64,000 bases of DNA from Eledone cirrhosa (taxonomy: Eukaryota): contig OZ024742.1 in NCBI GenBank assembly GCA_964016885.1, forward strand, positions 108,190,001-108,254,000, read 5' to 3'. How positions within the stretch are numbered: position 1 is the first letter of the stretch; each line of letters begins with the position of its first letter. The notes beneath the pieces were generated by a model. The model worked only from the letters and a program-made list of their open reading frames with translations, was not told the DNA's origin and did no database searches. The translations under genes were made by a program, and so were the position numbers. Below are positions 1 through 11,899 of the stretch, piece by piece.

Positions 1-445
1 AAATGTTGAAGGTGCCAGCTATCGCAGCCATTTGTAGACTATGAATTAGGGAGCTGCGCTCTTTGTCCGCAAATCCGAGTTCAGTTATACAATGGTTCAA
101 GCGGGTTGGTATATAACCCGTAGCTCCAATAATGATGGGTATGAAGCTAAAGGTGTATCTTGGATACTGGATTTGTAAACTCCTCATCAATGGTCCGTAG
201 ATGTCCTCTTTCTCCTGTATTTTTCTGACAACGTTTACATCAAATGGGCAGCTGATCTCCACAACAGAACACGTTTTCAATGTGTGGTCCCAAACAACAA
301 TATCAGGCCGGTTGTGCTTTAATTTGGTGGCAGTTTTTATTTTCAGGTTCCACCAGTATTCTTTAGTGAAATCTGTCTCAATATATTCTTCCTCGTTTGT
401 TTTTAATTTTGTATGTATGTTCTTCTGGTTTTATAATTTCACAAA
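1..445 (-). mobile_element. 3' fragment of an R4/Dong-like non-LTR retrotransposon (restriction-like endonuclease domain), running off the window edge
   Basis: Manual minus-strand translation gives EYWWNLKIKTATKLKHNRPDIVVWDHTLKTCSVVEISCPFDVNV...KEDIYGPL...FIPIIIGATG. This is the RPD..E..K RLE motif, paralogous to the ORF at 648-1181. Confidence 0.8.
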
Positions 446-647
446 GTTTTACCAATAAAGAGAGTCGGTTTCTAACATAGACACAAGACTCTCTCATTGG
501 AATTTACACATCAACTAGGTAGATATGTATGTATGCATGCATGTGTAGATATGGATGTTATTGTATGTGTGTATGTGTATGTTTTGAGTTGCATGTGTGC
601 ATGTGTATATGCACATGTGTGCATCTGTACATGTGTATATGCAGTTA

Positions 648-2348
648 TTAGATGCAACATTTTTGGAATGTTTTACATAATTTTACTGTTCCATTAATGG
701 ATTGTACTTGTAATTTCCTAACTAGTTGTGTTCTTTCTGTTCTTGTGAAGCCTAGCTTCTCAAGATTTGTATTGAGGCAGTTACTAACATATCCCAGTGC
801 CCCAATAATCACAGGCATAAATCTGAAGGTGTAATCAGGGTGGAGTATCTGCAGATTTCTCATCAGTTCTGCATAAATATTCTCCTTTTCACTAATCTTT
901 GATATTATATTGGCATCTGCTGGGCAGTTAATTTCCACTACTGTGCATGCTTTCTTCTCCCTGTCGCATATCATAATATCTGGTCTGTTATGCCTGCATT
1001 TTATTGGGATTTTTACTGGAACATTCCACCAGTACTCTTTCATATTATGTACATGGATCTCTTCCACATTGCTGTAGCTTTTAATGTGTTTATTATCGGG
1101 GCTATCTTTTTTACGAACTGCATTGTACAGTGTTTTGGCCACTACATCATGCCTCATAGGTAGATAGTACCGCGATGGCATCTTTGGACAGCTGCTGATG
1201 ACATGGGTGATATCCTCGATGTTAGTTCTGCAGAGTCTGCATTTGTTATCACATCTAGGTGTTTTACCTGCACCCTATCTCTTTTGTGAATCAGGTATTT
1301 CATGTTAATCTCCTGTTCCTGGATTGCAAAAGCGTATACTTCAAAGTGGGAGCCAATATAGCGGCTGTTGGTCCAAGATAGACTACTTTCCTTATCTATA
1401 CTACTCTCCCCCTGGAGCTTCCTGGCAACATATCCATGCATGATTTTTTGCTGATAAGCATGCAGTTTTTCATCCATGGATTCACAGCGATACTGTTGAG
1501 CGACATCCGTGGGTGTGAGTTTTTGATTATCACACAGGGAATATCTCTCGAGGAGTTCCTTCCCAACTCTCATGATCTTATCTGTTTCATGCAGATAGAC
1601 TTGCTCGAGAAACGGGCTCCTACGCTTCGAGGTTCATAGATGTTGTAGGAGAGATATGATGCGACATTCAAATGTTGTCTGGACTGATGTTAGGCCTCTG
1701 CCTCCCTGCTTACGTTTCAAGTAAAGGCACTCTATGTCACTGTTGATGTGGAAGTTTCCGGTGTTGTTCAGTATTTTTCGAGTTCCAACATCAACTGCTT
1801 GGATTTCGTCTATCGTCCAATTGAGTATTCCAAACGTTGGTGTTAGGACAGGCACAGCAAACACATTGTGAGCCACTGTTTTGTTTTGCGCAGAGAGTTC
1901 CGATGACCAGATCTTTCTTAATTGGGTGTAGTATTCCTGGTTACGTGTTCTTTATTACAGATACCATTATAGGATATGTTCTCATCTATCCCCAGGTATC
2001 TGTAGCAGTCTTCATCAGATATCGGTGAAACAGTTAGACCATTGATGACAATGTTGCTAGATTGGGTTGTTGTTTTCCCCCGCTTTACAGTCATGTATGA
2101 GCATTTATCTTGGCCAAACTCCACTCCTATATCCTTTGAGAACGTTGTAACCAGGTCAAGATTTTTCTTCATCCCATCCATGTTCTTGGCATAGAGTTTC
2201 AGATCGTCCACAATGAAATTATGGGTTATGTTCGTATTTCTGTCTTCCTGTGAGCCAATGATTTATCCCTCACATTTCTTGAGCAGAAAGGACAAGGGGT
2301 TTAATGACAAGATGAATAGTATCACAGAGAGACTGTCCCCCTGAAATA
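648..2348 (-). mobile_element. 5'-truncated, frameshifted R4/Dong-like (RLE clade) LINE: RT C-terminal half, zinc knuckle and RLE endonuclease
   Basis: Collinear minus ORFs: 1918-2211 (xDDLKLYAK, YRYLG), 1634-1876 (LYLKRKQGGRGL), 1154-1573 (MHG, AIQEQ) and 648-1181 (RHD, HNRPDIMICD..VEINCP..KENIY, PVIIGALG). The stop abuts a simple-repeat tail. Confidence 0.9.
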
Positions 2349-2380
2349 TATGTCTGCAATATTTTATTTTATCAGTGAAA

Positions 2381-2381
<1 letters not shown>

Positions 2382-2411
<30 letters not shown>

Positions 2412-2435
2412 TGTATGTATGTATGTATGTATGTA

Positions 2436-2492
<57 letters not shown>
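2382..2492. repeat. (TATG)n-(TG)n compound microsatellite
   Basis: Seen directly. Confidence 0.95.
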
Positions 2493-2493
<1 letters not shown>

Positions 2494-3174
2494 AGATGGG
2501 GTGTGTTCAGGTTTGTGATTGTGTTTATGTCCCGTAACTTAGCAGTTTCACAAAAATGAGATCGGTAAAATATGTATCACACCTGAAATAAATAAGTACT
2601 CGGCTCGATGTAATCAGCTAAAATCATGTTACTCTCTTTGGAAGACAACAGGTCGCAGACAGAATTAGAAATAGATCGACAAAAATTCTGGATAACGACA
2701 GATATAAATTTAGCCCCGCATTCTATGTTTTTAATGATCAGCCTTCACAGTATTATTCTTTTATATTTTTGCTTGTTTCGTGTATATAGGTGAAAAAATT
2801 TATCGGGTATATAGGTGGACAAATTTGTCGGGTATAGAGGTGAAAGAGCGCTTTGGCGGCATTAACATCTGCTAACAGAAATCAATTAAATCAATTATTA
2901 TTCCAAAGGCGGATTCGCTTTAATTGGTGTCTACACATCACACGTTACATTAGTCGACGAAGCAGGAAGGAATGAGTTTTATTTCAAAAGACCAACGGTG
3001 GCGGTAGAGAAACCAACACCAAATTTCTTTTTTAAATCCCGGATGATTATTTTATTTGTGTGTGCGTGTGTATATATATTATATATAGGTAAGTTATTCC
3101 GGGTTGAGTCGGAGGTAACCACAGTAAGTAAGGTACTCCATACATAGCAGAGTATAAAAGTTTTAATATAGATG

Positions 3175-3225
3175 AGATTCTACAGGACTAGAATTGTTTC
3201 ATTCTTTAGAAATCATCAGGAATCT
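3175..3225 (-). ncRNA. Type I hammerhead ribozyme, canonical core
   Basis: Minus strand reads agattc CTGATGA tttctaaagaat GAAA caattctagtcctg TA gaatct. Stem I agattc/gaatct, stem II ttct/agaa, short stem III, GUA cleavage triplet. Confidence 0.8.
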
Positions 3226-3471
3226 GGCTTTCCAAAATAAATGTTGTGATATTTATGTCTTTTCAGGTGGTAGGAGAGGGCGGGGAGTGGGATGGGTGGA
3301 GGTCATTGGTTGAAAGAAAAGAAAATTCATTAAAAGCTAATTCTTTAAGGCTATAATTTATATTTAGAGTGACAAAGGCAGAAAGAATTCTATAAACAAG
3401 TACAGAATGGGGTGCCTATCATATCATTATTAATATGATAGTTTAAGCTAAATTCCAGGTGTCAACAGACT

Positions 3472-3473
<2 letters not shown>

Positions 3474-3527
<54 letters not shown>

Positions 3528-3580
3528 CATGCATATATATATATATATATAAATATATATATATAAACATATATAGACAC

Positions 3581-3622
<42 letters not shown>

Positions 3623-3678
3623 ATATATAGACACATATACATATATATATATATATATATATAAACATATATAGACAC

Positions 3679-3766
<88 letters not shown>
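3474..3766. repeat. (CA)n-(TA)n-(GA)n compound microsatellite with a 3x internal higher-order unit (taaacatatatagacacatatac)
   Basis: Seen directly. Confidence 0.95.
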
Positions 3767-3770
<4 letters not shown>

Positions 3771-3801
3771 CACAAGTATCAAAGTTATGTTTAAAACATT
3801 T

Positions 3802-3853
3802 AATCGCTGACAATTGTTTCTTCCAAACTTAGGCTTGGGGTCCTCGGAGCATT
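3802..3853 (-). ncRNA. Hammerhead ribozyme motif, CCGAGGA core variant
   Basis: aatgct CCGAGGA ccccaagc-ctaa-gtttggaa GAAA caattg TC agcgatt. Palindromic stem III and GUC triplet. Confidence 0.65.
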
Positions 3854-5360
3854 ATCAATGTTTGTACATATAATTAACCTCCTATTCTACTGAAGAATCA
3901 TACAGATACAGATATATTGATGTTGTTGACAACAGTTTCATGTTTACAGTGTGGAATGGATGCGACATATATTATATTATACGAGAATTGTACAATAATT
4001 AAAATTAAAATTAAAATTAAAATTAAAATTAAAATTAAAAGCATAGGGTGGAATACATGCGTCAGATAATACAGATAATACAAGAGAATAGTCTAATAAT
4101 TAAATTAGAGAGATAGTACATGCGTTAGTCATATATAAAGGAATGGAACAAGCAAAAGTATCATGCATATATGAGTACTGTATGGCAGGGTATTACATAA
4201 AATACAAGCACTTTAAGCGAATATGTTAGTGTATTATGGTGGATGCAATGCGAGGATATTTTCTGTATAGTTCAAATTTGTATGTGTGTAGAATATGAAA
4301 GTTACAGATTTCACATCCATTACATAAGTTAAGATATATTTGTATTGAATGTTTGTTATAGTAATGGATTGTGACTTAGTGTTATTTAATCCATATTTAT
4401 GGATTAGAGTTATTTAACTGCGAGAATTTTCAACGGTTTAATATCCAGAAGTGGATATGGAATTAAGGGGAGCTAATGCATAAGGGGAGGTAACTAGCTC
4501 ATTATAATAATTAAATTCCTTCCTTTAATAGACATTATATAGTGCCTCAATTGAATCCCTTATATAAAAAGTTATATATTTATCTTTAATTTTAAATACA
4601 GTCTACTCTCTTATAATATATTAAATGTTTCATTAGATTGTTGTCTACCCAATATTTGGTAAGATATGGAATAACGTATAGCTGTTTGCATAATAAATTA
4701 GATACATCTCTTGAGTAAATAAATTAATCCTTTATATACAATGTTATTAATTTATACATCTAATTATATATGCATATATAATTCATTGTTCCATATTACA
4801 TTTAAATTAGATAAATCCCTTATGTTAATAAATTAATCCTTTATATACAATGTTATTAATTTATACATTTAATTATAAATGTATATATAATTCATTGTTA
4901 CATTTAAAGTTTATATATATTATATTTCAATCATTATATAATTATAAGTAATCTAAAGTACTTATATTAGAAGGTGTGACTATAAGAATATTTCTAGAGT
5001 ATAAAGTTATAGATAAAAATGATTTTTGTAGAGGAAAGGGTGGATCAAAGAGTGTGATGCAGCGGTGGAAGGTAAGTCTTAGAGGTGAAGTGCTAATGGT
5101 GGTGATGAGTTCAAATCTGACATTGTTATATACTATGTTTAAAGCTTTGGAATGAGTGTCGGAAGCGGTGCTGGCACGATGCAACCACTTCCGATTTTTT
5201 ATTTAGGAGGTTAAGATTCGAAAAGATTATAGTATAGGTCTCTAGGAGACAGAGGTTACAAAATTTATTAGGTGGTTTATACGATGCAGCCCTACCTACT
5301 ACTTCCTGTTGAAGTGTATATGGTCTATTCCTAGTTTTCAGATAGTGTACAAACATTGAT

Positions 5361-5412
5361 AATGCTCCGAGGACTACAAGCCTAAGTTTGGAAGAAACAA
5401 TTGTCAGCGATT
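5361..5412 (+). ncRNA. Hammerhead ribozyme motif, CCGAGGA core variant (inverted partner of 3802-3853)
   Basis: aatgct CCGAGGA ctacaagc-ctaa-gtttggaa GAAA caattg TC agcgatt. Confidence 0.65.
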
Positions 5413-5679
5413 AAATGTTTTAAACATAACTTTGATACTTGTGTATTCTATATTACTGCTCTGTAAAACAACTGATGTTCTTACATTGAGCTTTTTCTCT
5501 TACCGGTAATAAGGTAGTAATAAATTACTGACCTTCCCTGTTTATAATAGTTTATAGTATATTATATACATACATAACTATAAATAGTATCTTTAATATT
5601 ATATATATGCTTAAGTAAAACCATTTCGAAGACCTTATGCTATTGTTTTAGAGTAGTGACAGACTCACTTACTTTAATT

Positions 5680-5768
5680 TTTAGCAAACAGGGGAGATAA
5701 AGCTTACAAGGCCTTGTTTCGCATTTATTGATGCTTATCAAAGCCAACTACTCCTCCTGTTTGCTGAA
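5680..5768 (-). ncRNA. Hammerhead ribozyme with U3-A8 core and extended stem I
   Basis: Minus strand reads agcaaacagg..ggct TTGATAA gcat-caataa-atgc GAAA caaggccttg TA agct..cctgtttgct. Confidence 0.7.
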
Positions 5769-5969
5769 ATCATGGATGTTTGGTTCTTATAGAATTCTAG
5801 TAAATAATCAGGAACTGATTATACAGAGCGGTTGCCGGTCAAGCAGAAATTGAAAATTAGAATTGGTGCTCTGAAATAGCTATATATATATGAATGTATA
5901 TATAGTGTATTTTGCAATACACTGTATGATTAATTAAAAGTATTACAGAGCTGTTGCCGGTCAAGCAGA

Positions 5970-6076
5970 AATATATATATACATATATATATACATATAC
6001 ATATACATATACATATATATATATATATATACATATACACACGCATACACATACATATATATATACATATATACAT

Positions 6077-6153
<77 letters not shown>

Positions 6154-6158
6154 TACAT

Positions 6159-6189
<31 letters not shown>

Positions 6190-6349
6190 GGAACGAGTAG
6201 GACTAAAATTTTAGTCCAGAATTAGCCGTCGAAACGGCTTGAGCTCAGCCGTTGGGGTCCTACTCGTTCCTATTACCCACTCTACTACCCTAAGTATTGA
6301 GTACTTTGGTGCGTTATGGTCCATCTGGTTCCTTACCACATTTCCTTCG

Positions 6350-6392
<43 letters not shown>

Positions 6393-6790
6393 ATATACAT
6401 ACACATACATACACATATGCATACATATATACATATATACATATACATATATACATATATATATATACATATATATATATATACATATACATACATACAC
6501 ATACACACATATACATATGTACACATACACACACACACACACATATATATATATACACACACATACACACATATATATATATATACATATATATACATAT
6601 GTATATATACATATATACATATACGTATATATATACATATATATATATATATACACACAAACATACACAAACATGGCCATATGCAGGTACATATGAACGG
6701 ACGTACACACAACGATATGTATACAAACGAACGGCCACTCATACAAATACATACAAACATGTATTCCTAAATATACGCATATACACAGGC
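5970..6790. repeat. Degenerate (TA)/(CA) microsatellite field interrupted by a short insertion at 6188-6352
   Basis: Seen directly. It accounts for the YI/HT/CV-repeat ORFs. Confidence 0.9.
6188..6352 (+). mobile_element. Short fold-back insertion in (TA)n carrying the 3' half of an HHR; same family as 55410-55605
   Basis: GAAA cggct-tgagctc-agccg TT ggggtcctactcgttcctat. The first 17 nt (ataggaacgagtaggac) are an inverted copy of gtcctactcgttcctat. The body aligns to the reverse complement of 55410-55540. Confidence 0.65.
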
Positions 6791-7191
6791 ACATAAACAC
6801 AGCTCTACAGGCAGAAAATACAGATAGGTAAGAGGTACTTACATAACCATAGTGCCGTGTTTCACGTTGAGGAGGGGTAGGGGTGGGTTGGGAAAGAGGT
6901 AGAGGGGCTATTTTGTCGGCTGGCGTTTAAAAAAAAAGGGGGGGGGGAGTCGTTTTTAGCCATCGGGCATTAACACTGGCTTAAGGTATTTGAAAGTTGC
7001 AAAGTTTTTGTGCATATATATATATATTTTCTTCTTCTTTGATAAAGCGCTTTGACAATATATAAACAACCATCCGGTTATCGAACCAACCAACCAACCA
7101 CCAATCAGCCGGAAATTTATAATAAGTTGAAGTGAAAACCCACAGGTGCGTGTGTTTTTATTGGTAGCATGACCCTCTCAAAGTATAACAA

Positions 7192-7326
<135 letters not shown>

Positions 7327-7454
7327 TATAAATTATGTCCTTAGAATCATATATATATATATATATATTTGTATATATATTTAGGTTTGTTGGTTCACTC
7401 TGTCTCTGATTTTTCGGACCCATGGCTTTTTACATATTCCTTTGTTATATTCCA

Positions 7455-7512
7455 ATACTTGATGATATCACCGGATTCATATGGAACCCGGTCATTGAAA
7501 TGATCATAGTAT
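7455..7512 (+). ncRNA. Hammerhead ribozyme motif (C3U decayed) in a short (TA)n-flanked insertion at 7380-7560; same family as 52630-53298
   Basis: atac TTGATGA tatcaccgg...ccggtcatt GAAA tgatca TA gtat, followed by aataaa. Confidence 0.65.
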
Positions 7513-7567
7513 AATAAACCTTTCAAGGATTTACACCAGTCCAGCCTCCTGTTATTTCATTTATATT

Positions 7568-7626
<59 letters not shown>

Positions 7627-8179
7627 CTTATAAATAACACATATAAAATGCCATAATTCTTTAATACTTGGTGGTTGTTTCTAATTAAACTGTGGTATTT
7701 CCTCATGGTCACCCTGTATTAATTATAAATAAGTTTGGGTTCTTTCATTAGACGTTTTGCGAATACTATGTATCCGTGAATTTAGGTAAAGGAGAAAATG
7801 TATGATACGTGTAGCCTTTAAAACATCTGTCAAAAAAAACAAAACAATTATTATTTCTACGGTGAATCCACTTTAGTTGGTTATACGGACTCCTCTTTAA
7901 AAAGTGAAACGTTGTACTGAATAGTACAATATATGCGTGCTATTTAACCGAATGCAGGAGATGTGTGGTTTAGTGTTTAAGGTGCTGAATCGTGAGATCA
8001 AATCGCGAACTTTTCTTGAACAAAAGACTTCCCGTCGCTCTCTCTACTAGATAATATCAGTAATTGGAACATTTTTTTCCTTAGATTGACTTTATAATAA
8101 CGTTAATAGACTTGGCATGGTAAATTAGCCTCAGTAATATTACATTGTTTATTTCTGTTTCATGTATCTTCATATTAAA

Positions 8180-8392
8180 TAATTGTTTCTATTTTAGGCA
8201 CAAGGCCAGCAATTTGATGGGGAGGGGAAAATCGATTTGATCGATCCCAGTGCTTGATTTATTTTATCGACTCCGTAAGGATGAAAGGCAAAGCTAACCT
8301 CGGCGTGATTTGAACACAGAACGTAAAGGGCCATAACTCTATGATGCAAAGCATGGTGTCTGACACTACTGATAGTGCCAATCCACCGCCCT
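8180..8392 (-). mobile_element. tRNA-derived octopus-type SINE (family A)
   Basis: Shared body ggcacaaggccagcaatt...ttttatcgac(c/t)ccgtaaggatgaaaggcaaag..aacctcggcg.gatttgaac recurs at 21005, 34098, 37970 and 50090. B-box-like GTTCAAATC on the minus strand. Confidence 0.75.
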
Positions 8393-9192
8393 CTTCATAT
8401 TAGATATTAAAAGACAAATTGGCTCATTTAACTTTCCCGTCTCATTATTTGTTTTCTTCCATGTTTTTGTTTTTTTTGTGTGTAATTGATTTTACTAAAA
8501 CCTATTGACAATCAACTACTAATTTTAAAGATTAATTAATTATTCTCATCAAGATTTTGTAACTAATTATTTTAATCACGCACATTGAAACACATCTGTT
8601 AATGAGATGGTATCACATAGAATTACACAGATCTACACATCAAACATTTGCCAAGTAAACTACGGAATCTTTCTTTATGTCATTTCCCTTTGAATCTTTT
8701 TGATAACAAACTGCTCTTAGTACAATACAAAGCTGTTTATCTAAAACCTTCCATTATAACTTATATAAGAAACACCAGCTTAATAATGAGAAAATAAGCT
8801 CTTGATTAGAAATATAACACTTAAATGGTTAATAGGAACTAAAATTTCGAATTAGTGAGTTTTAACTAGATTTCGAAGTAATTAGAATTGTTTACCTTGT
8901 CTATATACATAGTAAATATGAAGTCAACTTTGCTTTTCATTCGTTCGAGATTCCTCTGATAGAAGCCATTTAGTGTGTGCGTGTGTGTGTGTGTGTGCGT
9001 GTGCGTGTGTGTGTGTGATATAACCAACATCCTCATATAATGTGATTGTAGTCACTGCAGATAATTATAGTTACTAGCAGAAAAACCGCCCCACGCACAG
9101 TTTTCTGCTGGCATATGTAGTGTGTATATTGGTATTATACGCAAATATATATGCATATAGATGTATGTAAATTGAAAAGTAAATTGACAATA

Positions 9193-9835
9193 TCTTCTTC
9201 TTCGCCCACTTATTTCTTAGAGGGTCGTGGGGGCAGAGTCCTTCTCAAACACTCCTTCTAGCGAGTCTGTCAGAAGCAAATATCTCTAACTGATTCAGCT
9301 GGATCCCAAAGCTCATGGATGTTATCCAACTATCTTGCTCAGGGTCTACCTCTGGGTCTCTTGACGGTTGGTTTTGCCTGTAAAATCTGTCCAGCGATTC
9401 TTTACTGAGACATTCTAACCACATGCCCATAGTTTCGGAGTTGTGATCTCTCAATTTGGAGAAATAGCGGCTCTACCAGTTGTGACTCTCTGGTCTTTGA
9501 GCTATGCACTTTATCGAGTAACGTTACTCCAAAGACCCTTCGGAGGAATCCCATTTCTGCTGCTTTTATTTGCAATTGTATTCTTTTGGTCATTACTCAA
9601 GATTCATGATCCTCGGTAAGAGTTGGCAGGAATACCAGAGAGACATCGAGTTTGGCTTTTACACCTACCCCCTTCTTCAGATTGCTGAATGCTGAGGCTG
9701 GCGCATTACTGCATCAGCTTTTGCAATTCTTGCACTTAATTCAGCCTCCTGCATTCCATGACTCATGAACATGGCCCCGAGATACTTCAACTTCTCTACC
9801 TGCTTCAGTAGAACTCCATTCACATGTATATAAAT
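9193..9835 (-). mobile_element. RTE-like LINE 3' fragment with (GAA)n tail
   Basis: ORFs with LKQVEKLKYLG, AAEMGFLRRVFGVTLLD and QLRNYGHVVRM. Homologous to 62860-63370. Ends in a tcttcttcttc tail. Confidence 0.8.
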
Positions 9836-10039
9836 TTGAGGTACTTCTGTCCATCCACCCATCATACAATGTGTATGTGTGTTTGTATGAATGTATGTGT
9901 GTGTAAAAGGAAGGAAAGGGATACACACATATATGTCTATAACTTAAAAACAGTGACACACGCACACACATGCATACATCTCTAATTTAAGATCGCCTAT
10001 AAACTCAAGCGCGCACATACACACACTATTCTATTACCA

Positions 10040-10480
10040 CTTAAGAGCTTTGGCCCGGGCAAACATCCCCTCAATTTTGCAACCGTCTGGGTTGTCCAGA
10101 ATTGATGGGAAGAGACTTGACGGTCTTACTCTGTGCTCCTGGTCAAGAGGCAGGTGCCTTATCTGGGACGTCACAGTTAGTGACTCTTTTGCTTCTTCTC
10201 ACATCCTGGATGCAGCGGTAAGTGCGAGAGCTACAGCATCCGCAGCTGAACGGAACAAAATCCTAAAATACCGTGTTCTGTCAGCTAATTACATTATCTA
10301 GCCTGCGAGGTTCGAGACGTTTGGGGGAGTCAGGCTACTGACAGCGAGGTTCTTATCTTCATTGGCGGCTCGCAAAACAGGTAACTAGTGATGCTATTGA
10401 AGGCATTTGGTTGTTCCAGCACTTCAGCCTCGCCATCACCCCAGGTAACGCTGCGAACGTGCTGGCTTGCCTCAAAAATT
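10040..10480 (+). mobile_element. CRE-like (RLE) non-LTR retrotransposon 3' fragment
   Basis: PSGLSRIDGKRLDGLTLCSWSRGRCLIWDVT...AE..K..KY, FETFG, LFQHFSLAI..GNAANV. Confidence 0.75.
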
Positions 10481-11061
10481 ATTTAGAGAGGTTTCCCAGT
10501 GCTCCTCGCTATATTGTTATCTTTTGCTCTGGTAGCGGTTCGTTTCTCCACCCCTTTCGCCTGCATGTTGTTCTATGTGGTCTTAGATGTGTGCATTACG
10601 TGCTTGTGTGTTTTTTCTATTTCTTTTTTTTCCTTACCCTTTCCTTTGTATATATTATATTTGTTTGTGTTTTCGTTCTGTAACCATTATATTAAATTTT
10701 TATACAAATGAGTTTAAAAAAGAAAGAGTTAAACTGTGTTGTAGATATATAAATAAAAAGTTGTACTTCATTTTACTCTCGAACGCTGCTATCATGACTG
10801 CATGACTCTATGTGTGTGTTTGTGTAAGTGTATATGTGTGAATGTGTGTTTGTGTAAATGTATATCTGTGAATGTATGTGTTTGTGTGAAAGTATGTGTA
10901 TTTGTGTGAATGTATGTCCGTGAGCATGTATTCTTGTAAGCTTGTCTGTTTGCGCGATTATAGTTATATACTCATACATATGGATGTATGTATATGCACA
11001 TACACACACGCTCACACATACACATACGCGTCAATGTGTTGAAAAAAATCTTAATCTCTGC

Positions 11062-11109
<48 letters not shown>

Positions 11110-11123
11110 GCCCCCCCCCCCCT

Positions 11124-11184
<61 letters not shown>

Positions 11185-11899
11185 TTATCTGTCACATAAT
11201 CACTCTATCTATCTGTCTCTCTGTTATCACACAATCTCTCTTTCTCGCTCTGTCTATATATAAGGTAGTTGAAGTGGCGGCAATATACCGGAAGTGTAGA
11301 AAATCCAACTTATTTTACTAATTGGATTAAAAGATATAAATGGACGCTGTCCTGCATTCTTCCCTTTATTATAGAATAGACTAGAAGAATGGACCGGCAT
11401 TGCTCGGGATTCTAAACATAGATTGGCATGTTTATCCCTCCTTTCTGAAACACTACAGAGAAGTATGGAATACCTCGGCCTTGCGACCGTCGAATAGCAG
11501 ATTCCACTGACGATTCATTCGCCCGCCTTGTTCTTTTTCTTGCCGCTTTCGCAGTGTTTCGGCCAATGGAGTATCTCTTCCTTCGAGACATGAGCTAAAA
11601 GCAGGACGAGTACACTAAGACTAACTGGTAGAGTAAGGAGTAAACTCGCCAGTGATGCATGTGATTTACGAACCGATGACTATGTAATTACTAAGCCATG
11701 AGTGCCGTCTTAACCGGTGCGCGACGTTATAGCTATGTATCTTTCTGCATTACGACATTATGAAAACATTGACTTCGCTATCTGTGTGTCTGTGTATATA
11801 TATGTATATATAGTGTGTGTGTGTATGTATATATATAGTGTGCATATATTATATATATATATATAATAAAATGTGGAGAGGAAGCACACGAGTAACGAT

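Larger units (their letters stand above)
3765..5450 (-). mobile_element. Penelope-like element 3' remnant (GIY-YIG C-terminus plus AT-rich 3' UTR) with an inverted copy of its 3' end
   Basis: ORF 5126-5356 (CNLCLLE...NLLNKKSEVVASCQHR) matches the C-termini of the PLEs at 41548 and 60615. 3765-3868 is the reverse complement of 5347-5448, and each arm has an HHR. Confidence 0.8.

Noticed and set aside
8180-8392. Functional tRNA genes at SINE heads (also 31432 and 61851)
   Set aside because: Only A/B-box remnants are present, with no complete cloverleaf, and they are attached to repeated SINE bodies.
9070-9112. CTAG plus hairpin resembling a Helitron 3' end
   Set aside because: I identified no matching 5' end or internal homology, so the evidence is too short to call.
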